A DNA stretch of 39,103 nt from a virus. Taxonomy: Duplodnaviria; Caudoviricetes. Positions 1 to 7,932 of this stretch are shown one piece after another (within the stretch, counting starts at the first letter, position 1; each line of letters opens with the position of its first letter). The notes under the pieces were generated by a model. That model searched no databases and was not told where the DNA came from. It saw only the letters and a list, made by a program, of their open reading frames with translations. The stretch spans positions 1-39,103 of IMG/VR virus record IMGVR_UViG_3300037458_001652; one strand, written 5' to 3'. A program made the translations under genes and the position numbers.

Positions 1-775
1 GCCGTATCTCCTCCTCATCGCAACCCGCCATGGCCCAGCGGCCGATTAGCACAAGCAACGACGGGTGCACGCTCTCGCCGCGCCGGACACCCGCGACCAG
101 CTCCTCCGTGGAGGCGCCGCAGGGTCCGGTGGCGGCTCCGCCTCCAGCGCCGCCGCCACCAAGGAGCGGCAAGCGGTGCGGCTCGAGATCACGCAGCAGG
201 CAAGCCACGTCGAGCGGGTCACCGTCAACCAGAACGACGCGACGGCGTTGGCCCGGCGGGCGCCGGAAGAAGAAGGCCGTGCCAATAGCCACGGATTCCG
301 GCGCAAGGTGCCCGCCGAGTAGGCCGTTCAGGATTTCGACGTATCGGCGCCGATCCGCTGGAGGTTTCGGCGATGCAAATGGGATCAGGGCACGCCAGCG
401 CGGGTGCTCCGGCGTGTGGCTCCAACTCTCGTAGAGGATGCCGGCCAGCCCGTGCTGGCGCAGCGCGTCAGCGGCCTGTTCGGCGGTCCAGGCACCGTCA
501 TCGGAGTCGCACTCAACACCGTGCAGCTCAATCAGGTTCGCACCATGGCGGAGACTGTTACGCGACGACCGGGTATCGCCAAATCGTGCAAGCGAGATCA
601 TCGGGCCGGTGAGCTTTTTCTGACCCGACGGTTGCTGACGCAGATAGGCGGCCAGCTCAGCCAACGTCCAGTCGTGCTCGTTTCGAGCGGCTGAGGTGTA
701 GTCCGACCAGATGGTGACGCGAAGTCGCCGGCTAGCCTGGAATCCGATATTGGCCGGGTGCGGGTCGTGCGGCAT
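1..775 (-). CDS. AEP-superfamily-like DNA primase (N-terminal part; 3' end runs off the window; absent from ORF track)
   Basis: Hand translation from ATG at 775 (AGGAGG at 781-786) stays open to base 2: MPHDPHPANIGF...SLARFGDTRSSRNSLRHGANLIELHGVECDSDDG...GILYESWSHTPEHPRWRALIPF...LNGLLGGHLAPES...EELVAGVRRGESVHPSLLVLIGRWAMAG. It has an ExD acidic motif, a YxSxSH motif and PRWR, as in phage/plasmid prim-pol domains. Confidence 0.8.
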   Translation of the reverse strand, partial: MPHDPHPANIGFQASRRLRVTIWSDYTSAARNEHDWTLAELAAYLRQQPSGQKKLTGPMISLARFGDTRSSRNSLRHGANLIELHGVECDSDDGAWTAEQAADALRQHGLAGILYESWSHTPEHPRWRALIPFASPKPPADRRRYVEILNGLLGGHLAPESVAIGTAFFFRRPPGQRRRVVLVDGDPLDVACLLRDLEPHRLPLLGGGGAGGGAATGPCGASTEELVAGVRRGESVHPSLLVLIGRWAMAGCDEEEIR

Positions 776-790
776 CTCGGCCTCCTGCCG

Positions 791-1006
791 CTAGAGCTCG
801 ATCCCAAGGCTGCGCATGGTGCGCTCCAGCTCATCGAAGGCGAGGCCCAGATCCTGATGCAGGCGCAGCTCGTGCTCGTCGCTCCAGGTCTCCTCAGCGA
901 GGCACTTGGCACGCTCGGTCAACCGCTCGGGCAAGGCAGACAGCAGGGCGGCCGTGTCTTCGAGGGTCGGTAGATCGGCCGTGCGGGACAGGGTGGGCGT
1001 GGTCAT
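791..1006 (-). CDS. hypothetical protein (71 aa, helical)
   Basis: C-terminal half of track ORF 791..1213; ATG at 1006 with GGAG RBS at about 1015-1018. Confidence 0.6.
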   Translation of the reverse strand: MTTPTLSRTADLPTLEDTAALLSALPERLTERAKCLAEETWSDEHELRLHQDLGLAFDELERTMRSLGIEL

Positions 1007-1085
1007 GTGTCGATCTCCAGGAACAGATGCCGGGATCGACCGCGAAGCGGAGGGAACAGGACACACGGGTCTAGTCGCGACCCGC

Positions 1086-1250
1086 GGACTCGTGTTAGAG
1101 TCCATGCGTCCGGTGCCTAAACCGTTATGGCGGTCGGCTTTACCCTTGCGGTGCTTCGAACATCGCAAGGGACGGGTACACCATACGCAAGCCCTTGCAG
1201 GTTGGCAAGGCACCCCACGCCCTTGTTCGAGGCATCACGAACAAGGGCGT
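1086..1250. repeat. cluster of four inverted repeats (hairpins)
   Basis: Stems at 1086-1103, 1143-1171, 1193-1210 and 1217-1250 (13-bp perfect ACGCCCTTGTTCG/CGAACAAGGGCGT). Confidence 0.75.
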
Positions 1251-1277
1251 TTCTCGTTGAGCGCCAGTCGCTTGTCA

Positions 1278-1736
1278 TCATCCCCGACCCTCCACGCGGC
1301 GATCATGGTCACTCAGCACGTAGCCGGCCTCGGCCAGCACCTCGATGACCTCGAAAAGGCTGGTCGGACCGATCCCCGTGATCCGGGTCAAGTCGGCAAA
1401 GCTCTTGGCCGTCAACTGGCCCACCAGATCCACCTCACTGGCGCGGAGCGCGTTCTTCGTCCGGGTCGACAGACCCAGCACCTCGATCGGATCGGTCAGC
1501 GCCACGCTCGGCCGCGGCGTCGGCGTGGTGGCCGCCGGCTGACGCAGGATCGACGCGTATAGCTTCAGGTCGCCACGGCGGTAGAGGGTCTTGCTCGGGA
1601 CCTGATAGCTCGGGAGCGCATGCTCCCGCCGCGCCCGGGTCAGGTTGGCCGGGTCGGTCGCCAGCAATCCAGCGGCAGTCGCCAGGTCCAGCAGGTCATC
1701 CGCGGACGGTCGCGGCGTGGTCTTCAGGCGCAGCAT
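1278..1736 (-). CDS. Excisionase-like HTH fused to an RNA polymerase alpha C-terminal-domain-like module
   Basis: N-term LLDLATAAGLL...LPSYQVPSKTLYRRGDL (HTH_17-like); C-term PIEVLGLSTRTKNALRASEVDLVGQL...LTRITGIGPTSLFEVIEVL resembles RpoA alphaCTD; GGAG RBS upstream. Confidence 0.8.
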   Translation of the reverse strand: MLRLKTTPRPSADDLLDLATAAGLLATDPANLTRARREHALPSYQVPSKTLYRRGDLKLYASILRQPAATTPTPRPSVALTDPIEVLGLSTRTKNALRASEVDLVGQLTAKSFADLTRITGIGPTSLFEVIEVLAEAGYVLSDHDRRVEGRG

Positions 1737-1937
1737 CGTGGGGTCTCCAGGTCAAGGGTCGAAGGCGCTCAACCTATCCCGAGACCCCATTCCGACGCAA
1801 ATGGTAAGCCATTGACTGTAAACGGGTTTTGACATCTATCAAGGGCTACTGAGGGACACTGAGGCGACCAGCGGCATTTATTGGCGATAGCGGGTGCACA
1901 ATGTTATTTCTCTCCAACACCTCGGATTTTCCGAGGA

Positions 1938-3260
1938 TCACGCCGCCTGCCGGTACACCGCGGCCGGGAGCTCGCCGTAGAAAGCGGCACTCTCGGCCGC
2001 ACGGGTCAGCGCGACGTAGATCAACCGCGCCAGCAGATCACCCGGTTGGCCGTAGGCGCGGCCGATGTCCTCCACCTGCACCAGCACGTGGCGGTAGGTC
2101 GAGCCCTGAGACTTGTGCACCGTGCAGGCATGCGGCGGGCGCAGATCGGCGAACGCCTCCTTGGCCTCGAAGTAGGCCCGCCAGGCGGCCCGCACCGCCC
2201 GGTCATCCGTCTCGCCGAGCGCGCGCAGGGACTGCGCCTGACGCCGCAGCCCGGCCAGGTAGCGGCCCGCGGCCTGCCGATCCGCGGGAACGAACAGCCG
2301 ATGCGCGTCGCCCTCATGGTCGGCCACCTTGAGCCAGTACCCGCTCAACGTCTCTTGGAAGTGCCCGGGCTCGGCCTGCTCCACCGTCACCAGGGCCTCG
2401 TTCGGCAGCAAGACCTCCTCGTCGACCACAACCGCCTCATTGACGGTCAGCGTCTCGCCCGGCAGGAAACGACATCGCTCGGCCTCGGCCCCCAGCAACA
2501 GCCGCCGCACATAACGGTTCAGCGCCTCCACCCGCGCATTGGTCCACGCCACCAACCGAACGTGATTGGCATCTTGCTGGTACTCGCGGGACGTAAACCG
2601 CTCGCGCACCAGACCCGCGAACGCGGCGCGGTCGACCCGGCGCACGGCCGCTCCCGCGTCGCGGATCACCGGATAGGGTCCACCATCCAGCACCTGACGA
2701 AAGGCGGTGGCCAGATCGATGATCGGACTCCCGGCGGCCTGCCGGTGCACCGTGGTCAAGCTCAGCGTCTTGACTCGGCGGAAGACCGCGGGCATCGCGG
2801 CGGCATCCGCGACCGGCGGGAGCTGGTACGGGTCACCCACGAACAGCAGCTGCAGATCCAACGCCTTGGCGCTCTTGGCCAGGCACAACAGCAGGGCATC
2901 GTCGACCATCGAGGCCTCATCCACGATCACCAGACGCCCGGGTTCGGCTTTCGGCGGGTTCCGCTGCTCCAGCCGGGTCTGTCCCGTCTGGTGATCATTG
3001 ACCGGTCGCAGCCCGAACAGGCTGTGCACGGTCATGGCGGAGCCGCCCGCGAGATCGGCCGCGACCTTGGCCGCCTTGTGCGTGGTCGCGGTCAAATGCA
3101 CCGGGGTGCCGAGCTCGCGCAGAAACCGGCCGATCAGGAAGCTCTTGCCGGTCCCGGCCGGGCCACTCAACGCCAGCACCGGGCGCCCGCTGCCGACGAA
3201 GGCGTGCAGGGCTTCCAACGCCGCGGCCTGATCCGAAGACAGGGTCGCGCGCTTAGTCAT
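1938..3260 (-). CDS. SF1B (Dda/RecD-like) DNA helicase
   Basis: GPAGTGKS, VDEASM, VGDPYQLPPV, TVHRQ, TVHKSQGSTY and YVALTRA motifs. Confidence 0.92.
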   Translation of the reverse strand: MTKRATLSSDQAAALEALHAFVGSGRPVLALSGPAGTGKSFLIGRFLRELGTPVHLTATTHKAAKVAADLAGGSAMTVHSLFGLRPVNDHQTGQTRLEQRNPPKAEPGRLVIVDEASMVDDALLLCLAKSAKALDLQLLFVGDPYQLPPVADAAAMPAVFRRVKTLSLTTVHRQAAGSPIIDLATAFRQVLDGGPYPVIRDAGAAVRRVDRAAFAGLVRERFTSREYQQDANHVRLVAWTNARVEALNRYVRRLLLGAEAERCRFLPGETLTVNEAVVVDEEVLLPNEALVTVEQAEPGHFQETLSGYWLKVADHEGDAHRLFVPADRQAAGRYLAGLRRQAQSLRALGETDDRAVRAAWRAYFEAKEAFADLRPPHACTVHKSQGSTYRHVLVQVEDIGRAYGQPGDLLARLIYVALTRAAESAAFYGELPAAVYRQAA

Positions 3261-4071
3261 CCGGGTCTCCGCACGCCACTCGCTCGCCGGTCAAGGTGGC
3301 CTGAAGCAGCCGCAAGGTCGTCAGCGGCAGCATCTGGGCGATCTGCGCAATCTCGGCTTGGCCGAGACCACGTTCGAGGATTTCCAGGATCCAGGTCGCC
3401 GCCTGACGCTGCGCATCCCGCGCGGGCCGGCGGCGCTCCTCTCGGGCGGCCCGCGCACGCTCCCGCTCGATCCGGGCCAAGCGCGCGGCGTCATCTCGCA
3501 TCGAGGCCAGCAGCTCCAAGCCCTTGTGGCCATCCAGCGGCGTGCCCTTCACCGCGTCCAGGACCTCCGGCGACAGGGTTTCCGCGCGATGAATCAGGAT
3601 CTGCGCCGAGCGTGGCTTCAACCCGGTGCGGTGGGCCGCATCCTCCACCCGCCGCGCCCGCTCCTCGCGGGTCAACGGCCGGCCCAGCAGCTCCTCATAG
3701 TGCCGCAGGATGATCTGCTCATGACGCACGCGCTGGGCATGGGTCAGCACCAAGCGGCCGGCGTTCTCCAGCGCTTCCAGCAAGCGCTCCTCGCCCTCGC
3801 GCATCTCGGCTTCGTCGGCCACCAACGCCGGGAGCTTCCAGCCCAGCACCCGGCACGCCTCGGTCCGATGCCGACCGGCGATCAGCCGGTAGGCGGCGCC
3901 GTTGATCGGTTGCGTCAGCCGCACGGCCAGGATCGGCTGAACGTAGCGGCTGCGCTCGATGTGCATGGCTAGGTCCAGCACATGCTCCTCACGCAACGCG
4001 ACCAGGCGCTCCTCGACGACGATCTCGTCCGGGGACAGCTCGGTGAGGCGAAAGCGGGCATCCATCGTCAT
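3253..4071 (-). CDS. ParB/Srx N-terminal domain protein
   Basis: LAMHIE...VQPILAV...YRLIAGRHRTEAC...LEALEN pattern (GxxR motif) followed by a helical/HTH region. Confidence 0.8.
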   Translation of the reverse strand: MTMDARFRLTELSPDEIVVEERLVALREEHVLDLAMHIERSRYVQPILAVRLTQPINGAAYRLIAGRHRTEACRVLGWKLPALVADEAEMREGEERLLEALENAGRLVLTHAQRVRHEQIILRHYEELLGRPLTREERARRVEDAAHRTGLKPRSAQILIHRAETLSPEVLDAVKGTPLDGHKGLELLASMRDDAARLARIERERARAAREERRRPARDAQRQAATWILEILERGLGQAEIAQIAQMLPLTTLRLLQATLTGERVACGDPDD

Positions 4072-4185
4072 GGTCGAGGTCTCATCAGCCGCCGATCAGA
4101 CTGGCGTCGGCGGGGCGTCGGGGCGGCGCCAGGCGCGCCCCATAGACGTTTATCACCGCCGGCCGCCAGCGCCCCACAGCGGCGC

Positions 4186-4662
4186 TCACAGCGCCACCAG
4201 CACGCTGCCCAGCGCGGCGCACGTGGTCTTGAACCGCTCGCGGTCGGGTCCGAGATACGCCAGCAGGCCCCCGTAGCGCGTCCGCGGGATCGGCGTCCCG
4301 TTTTCGCTCAAGGCCCGCAACGGTCCACGCAGAATGCAGACCGCGGCCTCGGCGAACAGGTACGGCCACCAGGGCGAGCGCGGGTCATACGCGCTGTAGA
4401 GCAGGACCGCGGTCACCCGACCCGAGCGATACTCATGCAGGGCCTTCTGCACCCACGCGGCACGCTCGCTGCCGACGGGCGGGAACAGCCAGACCCGGCC
4501 ATGCCAGGGTTGACTGAGGCCGTCTTCCGTCTCGGTGAAGACCGCGGTGGCCGCGATCGTCGCGGGGCCGAGGGTATCCGCCGCCGGGTCGAGATCGATG
4601 CCGCCGAGCACCGTCACGGCCAGCGTGGCCAGCTCCGGTGGGGTGTAGAGCTCAAGGGTCAT
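4186..4662 (-). CDS. Phage Dam-like N6-adenine methyltransferase homolog with degenerate catalytic motif
   Basis: LYTPP...LGGIDLDPAA...EDGLSQPWHGRVWL matches the family; NPPY is replaced by FPPV; ATG at 4662 with GAGG RBS. Confidence 0.75.
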   Translation of the reverse strand: MTLELYTPPELATLAVTVLGGIDLDPAADTLGPATIAATAVFTETEDGLSQPWHGRVWLFPPVGSERAAWVQKALHEYRSGRVTAVLLYSAYDPRSPWWPYLFAEAAVCILRGPLRALSENGTPIPRTRYGGLLAYLGPDRERFKTTCAALGSVLVAL

Positions 4663-4673
4663 GGTCCACGACC

Positions 4674-5156
4674 TCACGACTGCGTCAGCCGGGTATGGGC
4701 CAAGAGAATGGCATCCGCCCGCCCGTGGTCCTTCTTCCGCTCCAGCCAGGGCACCGCGGCGGGATACAGCTCCAGCGCCCGGGTCCGCGAGGCCTCCTTG
4801 GTGCGCCCAGTGAGCCCGTAGCGGCGTTTCCAGCTCGCCGGGGCGTAGTAGGTCACCTCCAGCCCCAAGGCGGCCACCGCGCCCTCAACGACGCCAAGGG
4901 AGCGGCCAAAGGAGAACATCGAGCTGACGCCTTGGCCTGGCATGGCCGCCACCTGCTCTAAGGCCACGGCATCGACCCGGTACTCCCGCAGGAGCTGGGT
5001 CAGCAGGTGTACCAGGACAGGGGCCGAGATCCGTCGCCGGTTCGCGGCGCCGGTCTCGATCGGCATATCGAGACAGGTCAGCACCTCCCGTGGGCGCACG
5101 CAGACGATCGCCCCGGTCAGGCCGGGGTCGATCCCGATCACGGCCGACACCGTCAT
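4674..5156 (-). CDS. ruvC: RuvC-like Holliday junction resolvase
   Basis: IGIDPG, ALEQV, SMFSFG, PASWK, DHGRADAILLA; ATGA overlap with the upstream gene. Confidence 0.88.
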   Translation of the reverse strand: MTVSAVIGIDPGLTGAIVCVRPREVLTCLDMPIETGAANRRRISAPVLVHLLTQLLREYRVDAVALEQVAAMPGQGVSSMFSFGRSLGVVEGAVAALGLEVTYYAPASWKRRYGLTGRTKEASRTRALELYPAAVPWLERKKDHGRADAILLAHTRLTQS

Positions 5157-5839
5157 GCCGCCGACTCCGTCGCGTCCGCCCGAACCGCATTCGAGGCCCA
5201 CTCGGCACACGCTCGAACCTCGGCGGTTTGCTCGGGTCGCAGCTTGGCCGCATCGATGAAGGTCACCATGGCCCAGACGTCTGGGTCCTCACGATCACAC
5301 ACCATCACCGCGGCACCGAGCATGGTCGTCCGGTAGTAGCCGTCAGGGAGGCGCGCCCCAACCTCTTGCACGGGCAGCAGTCGATCGGCGGCGCCCTCGG
5401 TCGGCGGCCCGATCCACCACACGGCATGCACCGTGGTCCAGAGGCGCTTGAGCGCCACTCGCGGGTCCGTCACGTTCAGCCGCTGCATCAAGCGTTGCAG
5501 CGCATGGGCCGTCACCTTGACCGGGATCGGCCAACCACGAATGGACATCCGGCGGGCGTGCAAGACGAGTACGAACGCCGACCAATAGGGTGCGGCGGCC
5601 TCCACATAATCCATGATCACGACGGTCAGCTCGGCCTGTTTGCCTTCCCCGCGCTGGCTTTCATACACCACGTACAGGCCGGGGATGCGATCCAAACCGC
5701 GGCGGGCGGTCCGCAGCCAGGGGCCCCGGCGGCTGGGTCGCTTGGTCGCCAGCAACCGCCAAGGATCAAAGGTCTCGATCTTATGTCGGACCTGCCGGGT
5801 AAAGCCGCGATAGGTCGCGGCAGCAATCGATGCGTGCAT
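5153..5839 (-). CDS. hypothetical protein with TxHAxxRxxQR motif
   Basis: 228-aa ORF coupled to ruvC; VTAHALQRLMQR motif. Confidence 0.65.
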   Translation of the reverse strand: MHASIAAATYRGFTRQVRHKIETFDPWRLLATKRPSRRGPWLRTARRGLDRIPGLYVVYESQRGEGKQAELTVVIMDYVEAAAPYWSAFVLVLHARRMSIRGWPIPVKVTAHALQRLMQRLNVTDPRVALKRLWTTVHAVWWIGPPTEGAADRLLPVQEVGARLPDGYYRTTMLGAAVMVCDREDPDVWAMVTFIDAAKLRPEQTAEVRACAEWASNAVRADATESAA

Positions 5840-5928
5840 GACTTAATCCTCATCGGCTCGGACTCGTTCATCCGAGGCCTATTTCAACGGGTCCCCTTGA
5901 GCGAAACCGTCGGCAGTTTCGCCACGGC

Positions 5929-5950
5929 AAAACCCGGCGCAGGGCCGGGT
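5929..5950 (-). terminator. intrinsic terminator
   Basis: Minus strand ACCCGGC-CCTGC-GCCGGGT followed by a T-run, just after the stop at 5958. Confidence 0.6.
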
Positions 5951-5957
5951 CACCCGA

Positions 5958-6143
5958 TCAGCCAGACGGCTCCTCGACCCGATCTCCCGAAGCGTCCCAG
6001 AACCACACCGTGCAAACGCCCAAGAACCACGACAGACGGTGCCCGGCGGCGGTCGTTTGCTCCCGCGGGTCCAGGCGGTAGCAGGTCATCCCCTCGATGG
6101 TCTCGACCGGGGTTGGCGGGTAATGCAGATCAGCAAGGTTCAT
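5958..6143 (-). CDS. hypothetical protein (61 aa), moron-like cassette
   Basis: GAGG RBS, own promoter upstream and terminator downstream. Confidence 0.65.
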   Translation of the reverse strand: MNLADLHYPPTPVETIEGMTCYRLDPREQTTAAGHRLSWFLGVCTVWFWDASGDRVEEPSG

Positions 6144-6191
6144 CTCGACCTCTCTTTCGGTTGGCGTGCTTACGTTTAACTTTCACTTATA

Positions 6192-6220
6192 ATCATAGGG
6201 CGAGCAGTTAACGATGGCAA
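6192..6220 (-). promoter_or_regulatory. sigma70-type promoter
   Basis: TTGCCA-N17-TATGAT. Confidence 0.75.
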
Positions 6221-6233
6221 CCCTCGACGCGAC

Positions 6234-6255
6234 AAAAAACCCGGCACGGGCCGGG
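6234..6255 (-). terminator. intrinsic terminator
   Basis: CCCGGC-CCGT-GCCGGG followed by TTTTTT. Confidence 0.75.
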
Positions 6256-6334
6256 CGTTCAATCGACAGGCACTCAGCGACTCATAGCCCGCCGGTCAAG
6301 GTCCTCTTGGCCGGGATTCATCTCGGCCCCTCGC

Positions 6335-6559
6335 TCACGGGCGCAACCGCACGGTCCAGGCCTCGCGCTTCGGCCAGATCGCCTTGCCGATCGGCTCGGC
6401 ATCGCACTGGTCCTTGTAAGCTCGGGCCTGCTCCAGCACGACCTCGTCCGTCTCGCCGTAGAAGGTCGGACCCTGTGGCCGGCCGTCATAGTAAAGCCGG
6501 CCTTGGATCAGGCACGCACCGACCACCACGCCCCGAACGTCATCATCGAACATCATCAA
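6335..6559 (-). CDS. hypothetical protein
   Basis: Overlaps the stop of the upstream gene; protein-like composition. Confidence 0.65.
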   Translation of the reverse strand: MMMFDDDVRGVVVGACLIQGRLYYDGRPQGPTFYGETDEVVLEQARAYKDQCDAEPIGKAIWPKREAWTVRLRP

Positions 6560-6846
6560 TAGTCATCCGGCAGCAGCACCGTCGTGTAGGACCGATCGGC
6601 CTCGGTGATCACCCAGAGCCGGAAGCCATCGGGGAACCGGTAGGCGCTGAGCAACCGTTCACCGGTCTGCACCGCGTCGTCGTTGGCCAGCCGGTCCTCC
6701 TCGCAGAGGTCGCCCCAGTCGCCGAGGCGATGCCGGCTCAACACCGTCTGCACGATCGCGGATTGACCACGCGCCGCTAAAGCAGCGTCGGCGGCCGCGG
6801 TGATCAAAACCCGGCCGAGCGGGAACAGCGGCTTGGTCGCGGTCAT
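6556..6846 (-). CDS. conserved phage/plasmid hypothetical protein
   Basis: FPLGR...RHxxGDWGDL...DRxAN...RLLSAY...LWVITEADRSxTTVLLPxDY is a widespread mobile-element family; ATGA overlap. Confidence 0.8.
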   Translation of the reverse strand: MTATKPLFPLGRVLITAAADAALAARGQSAIVQTVLSRHRLGDWGDLCEEDRLANDDAVQTGERLLSAYRFPDGFRLWVITEADRSYTTVLLPDDY

Positions 6847-7061
6847 GGCTGCACCCTCGTCGACGCTCCCAAACAACCCACAACCCGGCCGGAACGCCCG
6901 CGGGTCAGCGGGTGCTGCATGATCTCGTGCGGCGTCATCGACCAGGGGAACAGCCAGACCGGTTCCTCTGTATCGGGAGCAAAGATCCAGCCCCCGGTCT
7001 GCGCCTCCTGGCGGTACCGCACGGCGTCATCCAAGCTCGGGAACTCGTGGTAGGTCCTCAT
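6843..7061 (-). CDS. hypothetical protein
   Basis: Coupled at both ends by ATGA overlaps. Confidence 0.7.
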   Translation of the reverse strand: MRTYHEFPSLDDAVRYRQEAQTGGWIFAPDTEEPVWLFPWSMTPHEIMQHPLTRGRSGRVVGCLGASTRVQP

Positions 7062-7879
7062 GCGGCACCTCCGCGCGCGGCGTTGGCCGGCGTCCGCGGA
7101 CGCCGCCAGGCCGTCCCGTCCGGGATCGCCGCCCCGGCGTAATCGGCAATGATCCGGTTGGCCTTGGCGACCAGCTCCGGGCGCTTGAACCAGACGTGCA
7201 GGGTCCCGTTCTTGAACCCGCGGACCTTGAACAGCCCGTCCTCGAAGGTGTCGCCGCTCTGAAACGCCACGGCGAGGGCCGAGGAGAGCCGATGCGGTTC
7301 GAAAGGCTCGCCGGCCAAGGTGCGGAACACTCGATCCAGGTCGTTGAGTCGGTCGCGCTGGTAATGGGAGAGCATCAGCCGGTCATTGAGCCGGGTCATC
7401 TGGATGTCGATCATCCCGGCCCAGATCACCTTTTGCGGCAGCTTGAAGGCCTCCCGGCGGTTGGTCAGATGGGCTCGCGAGCGTAGCTGGAAGAGGTTGT
7501 ACAGCCCACGGGCGAACATCTCGTCAGCCACCGCCGCCGAGCTGACGAGGGTTGAACGCACGGTCTCGGCCTCGAACGGCGGCGGGCTCCGCTCTAATCC
7601 ATCCTCGAACAGCCGGCGCGCCTCGTCATCCATATAGCGCGGCAAGCCCGTCGCGTTCAGGGCCTGCCGCCACAGCATTCGGTCGAGGTCGCGGATGAAC
7701 TCGGCCTCGGCCAGCCGGGGCTCGCTGTCATACGGCGCCCCGGTGAGACCGAGCGTCCGCAGTCCGGCGGCGATCTCACCATGCAGCCGCAAGGCCGACC
7801 GGTAGTGGGCGATGGCCTGCTCGCGCGCTTGGCAGTAATCGTCGAGGGTTTTCCTCAACATCAGGTCAGTGTTCAACAT
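7058..7879 (-). CDS. DUF4942-like protein (stand-alone)
   Basis: LNDLDRVF...FKVRGFKNGTLHVWFKRPELVAKANRIIA C-terminus. Confidence 0.75.
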   Translation of the reverse strand: MLNTDLMLRKTLDDYCQAREQAIAHYRSALRLHGEIAAGLRTLGLTGAPYDSEPRLAEAEFIRDLDRMLWRQALNATGLPRYMDDEARRLFEDGLERSPPPFEAETVRSTLVSSAAVADEMFARGLYNLFQLRSRAHLTNRREAFKLPQKVIWAGMIDIQMTRLNDRLMLSHYQRDRLNDLDRVFRTLAGEPFEPHRLSSALAVAFQSGDTFEDGLFKVRGFKNGTLHVWFKRPELVAKANRIIADYAGAAIPDGTAWRRPRTPANAARGGAA

Positions 7880-7932
7880 GGGGCATCCTCCACGGTCGCG
7901 GCCGCGGATACCGCGGCCGCTTGGTCCAGATC

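Noticed and set aside
30-694. Plus-strand ORFs 30..434, 65..322 and 404..694
   Set aside because: Explained by the minus-strand primase reading frame
1881-3713. 610-aa plus-strand ORF (also 10740..12449, 12427..14232, 20118..21506, 34255..36051)
   Set aside because: Antisense shadows of motif-bearing minus-strand genes in high-GC DNA; no recognisable motifs
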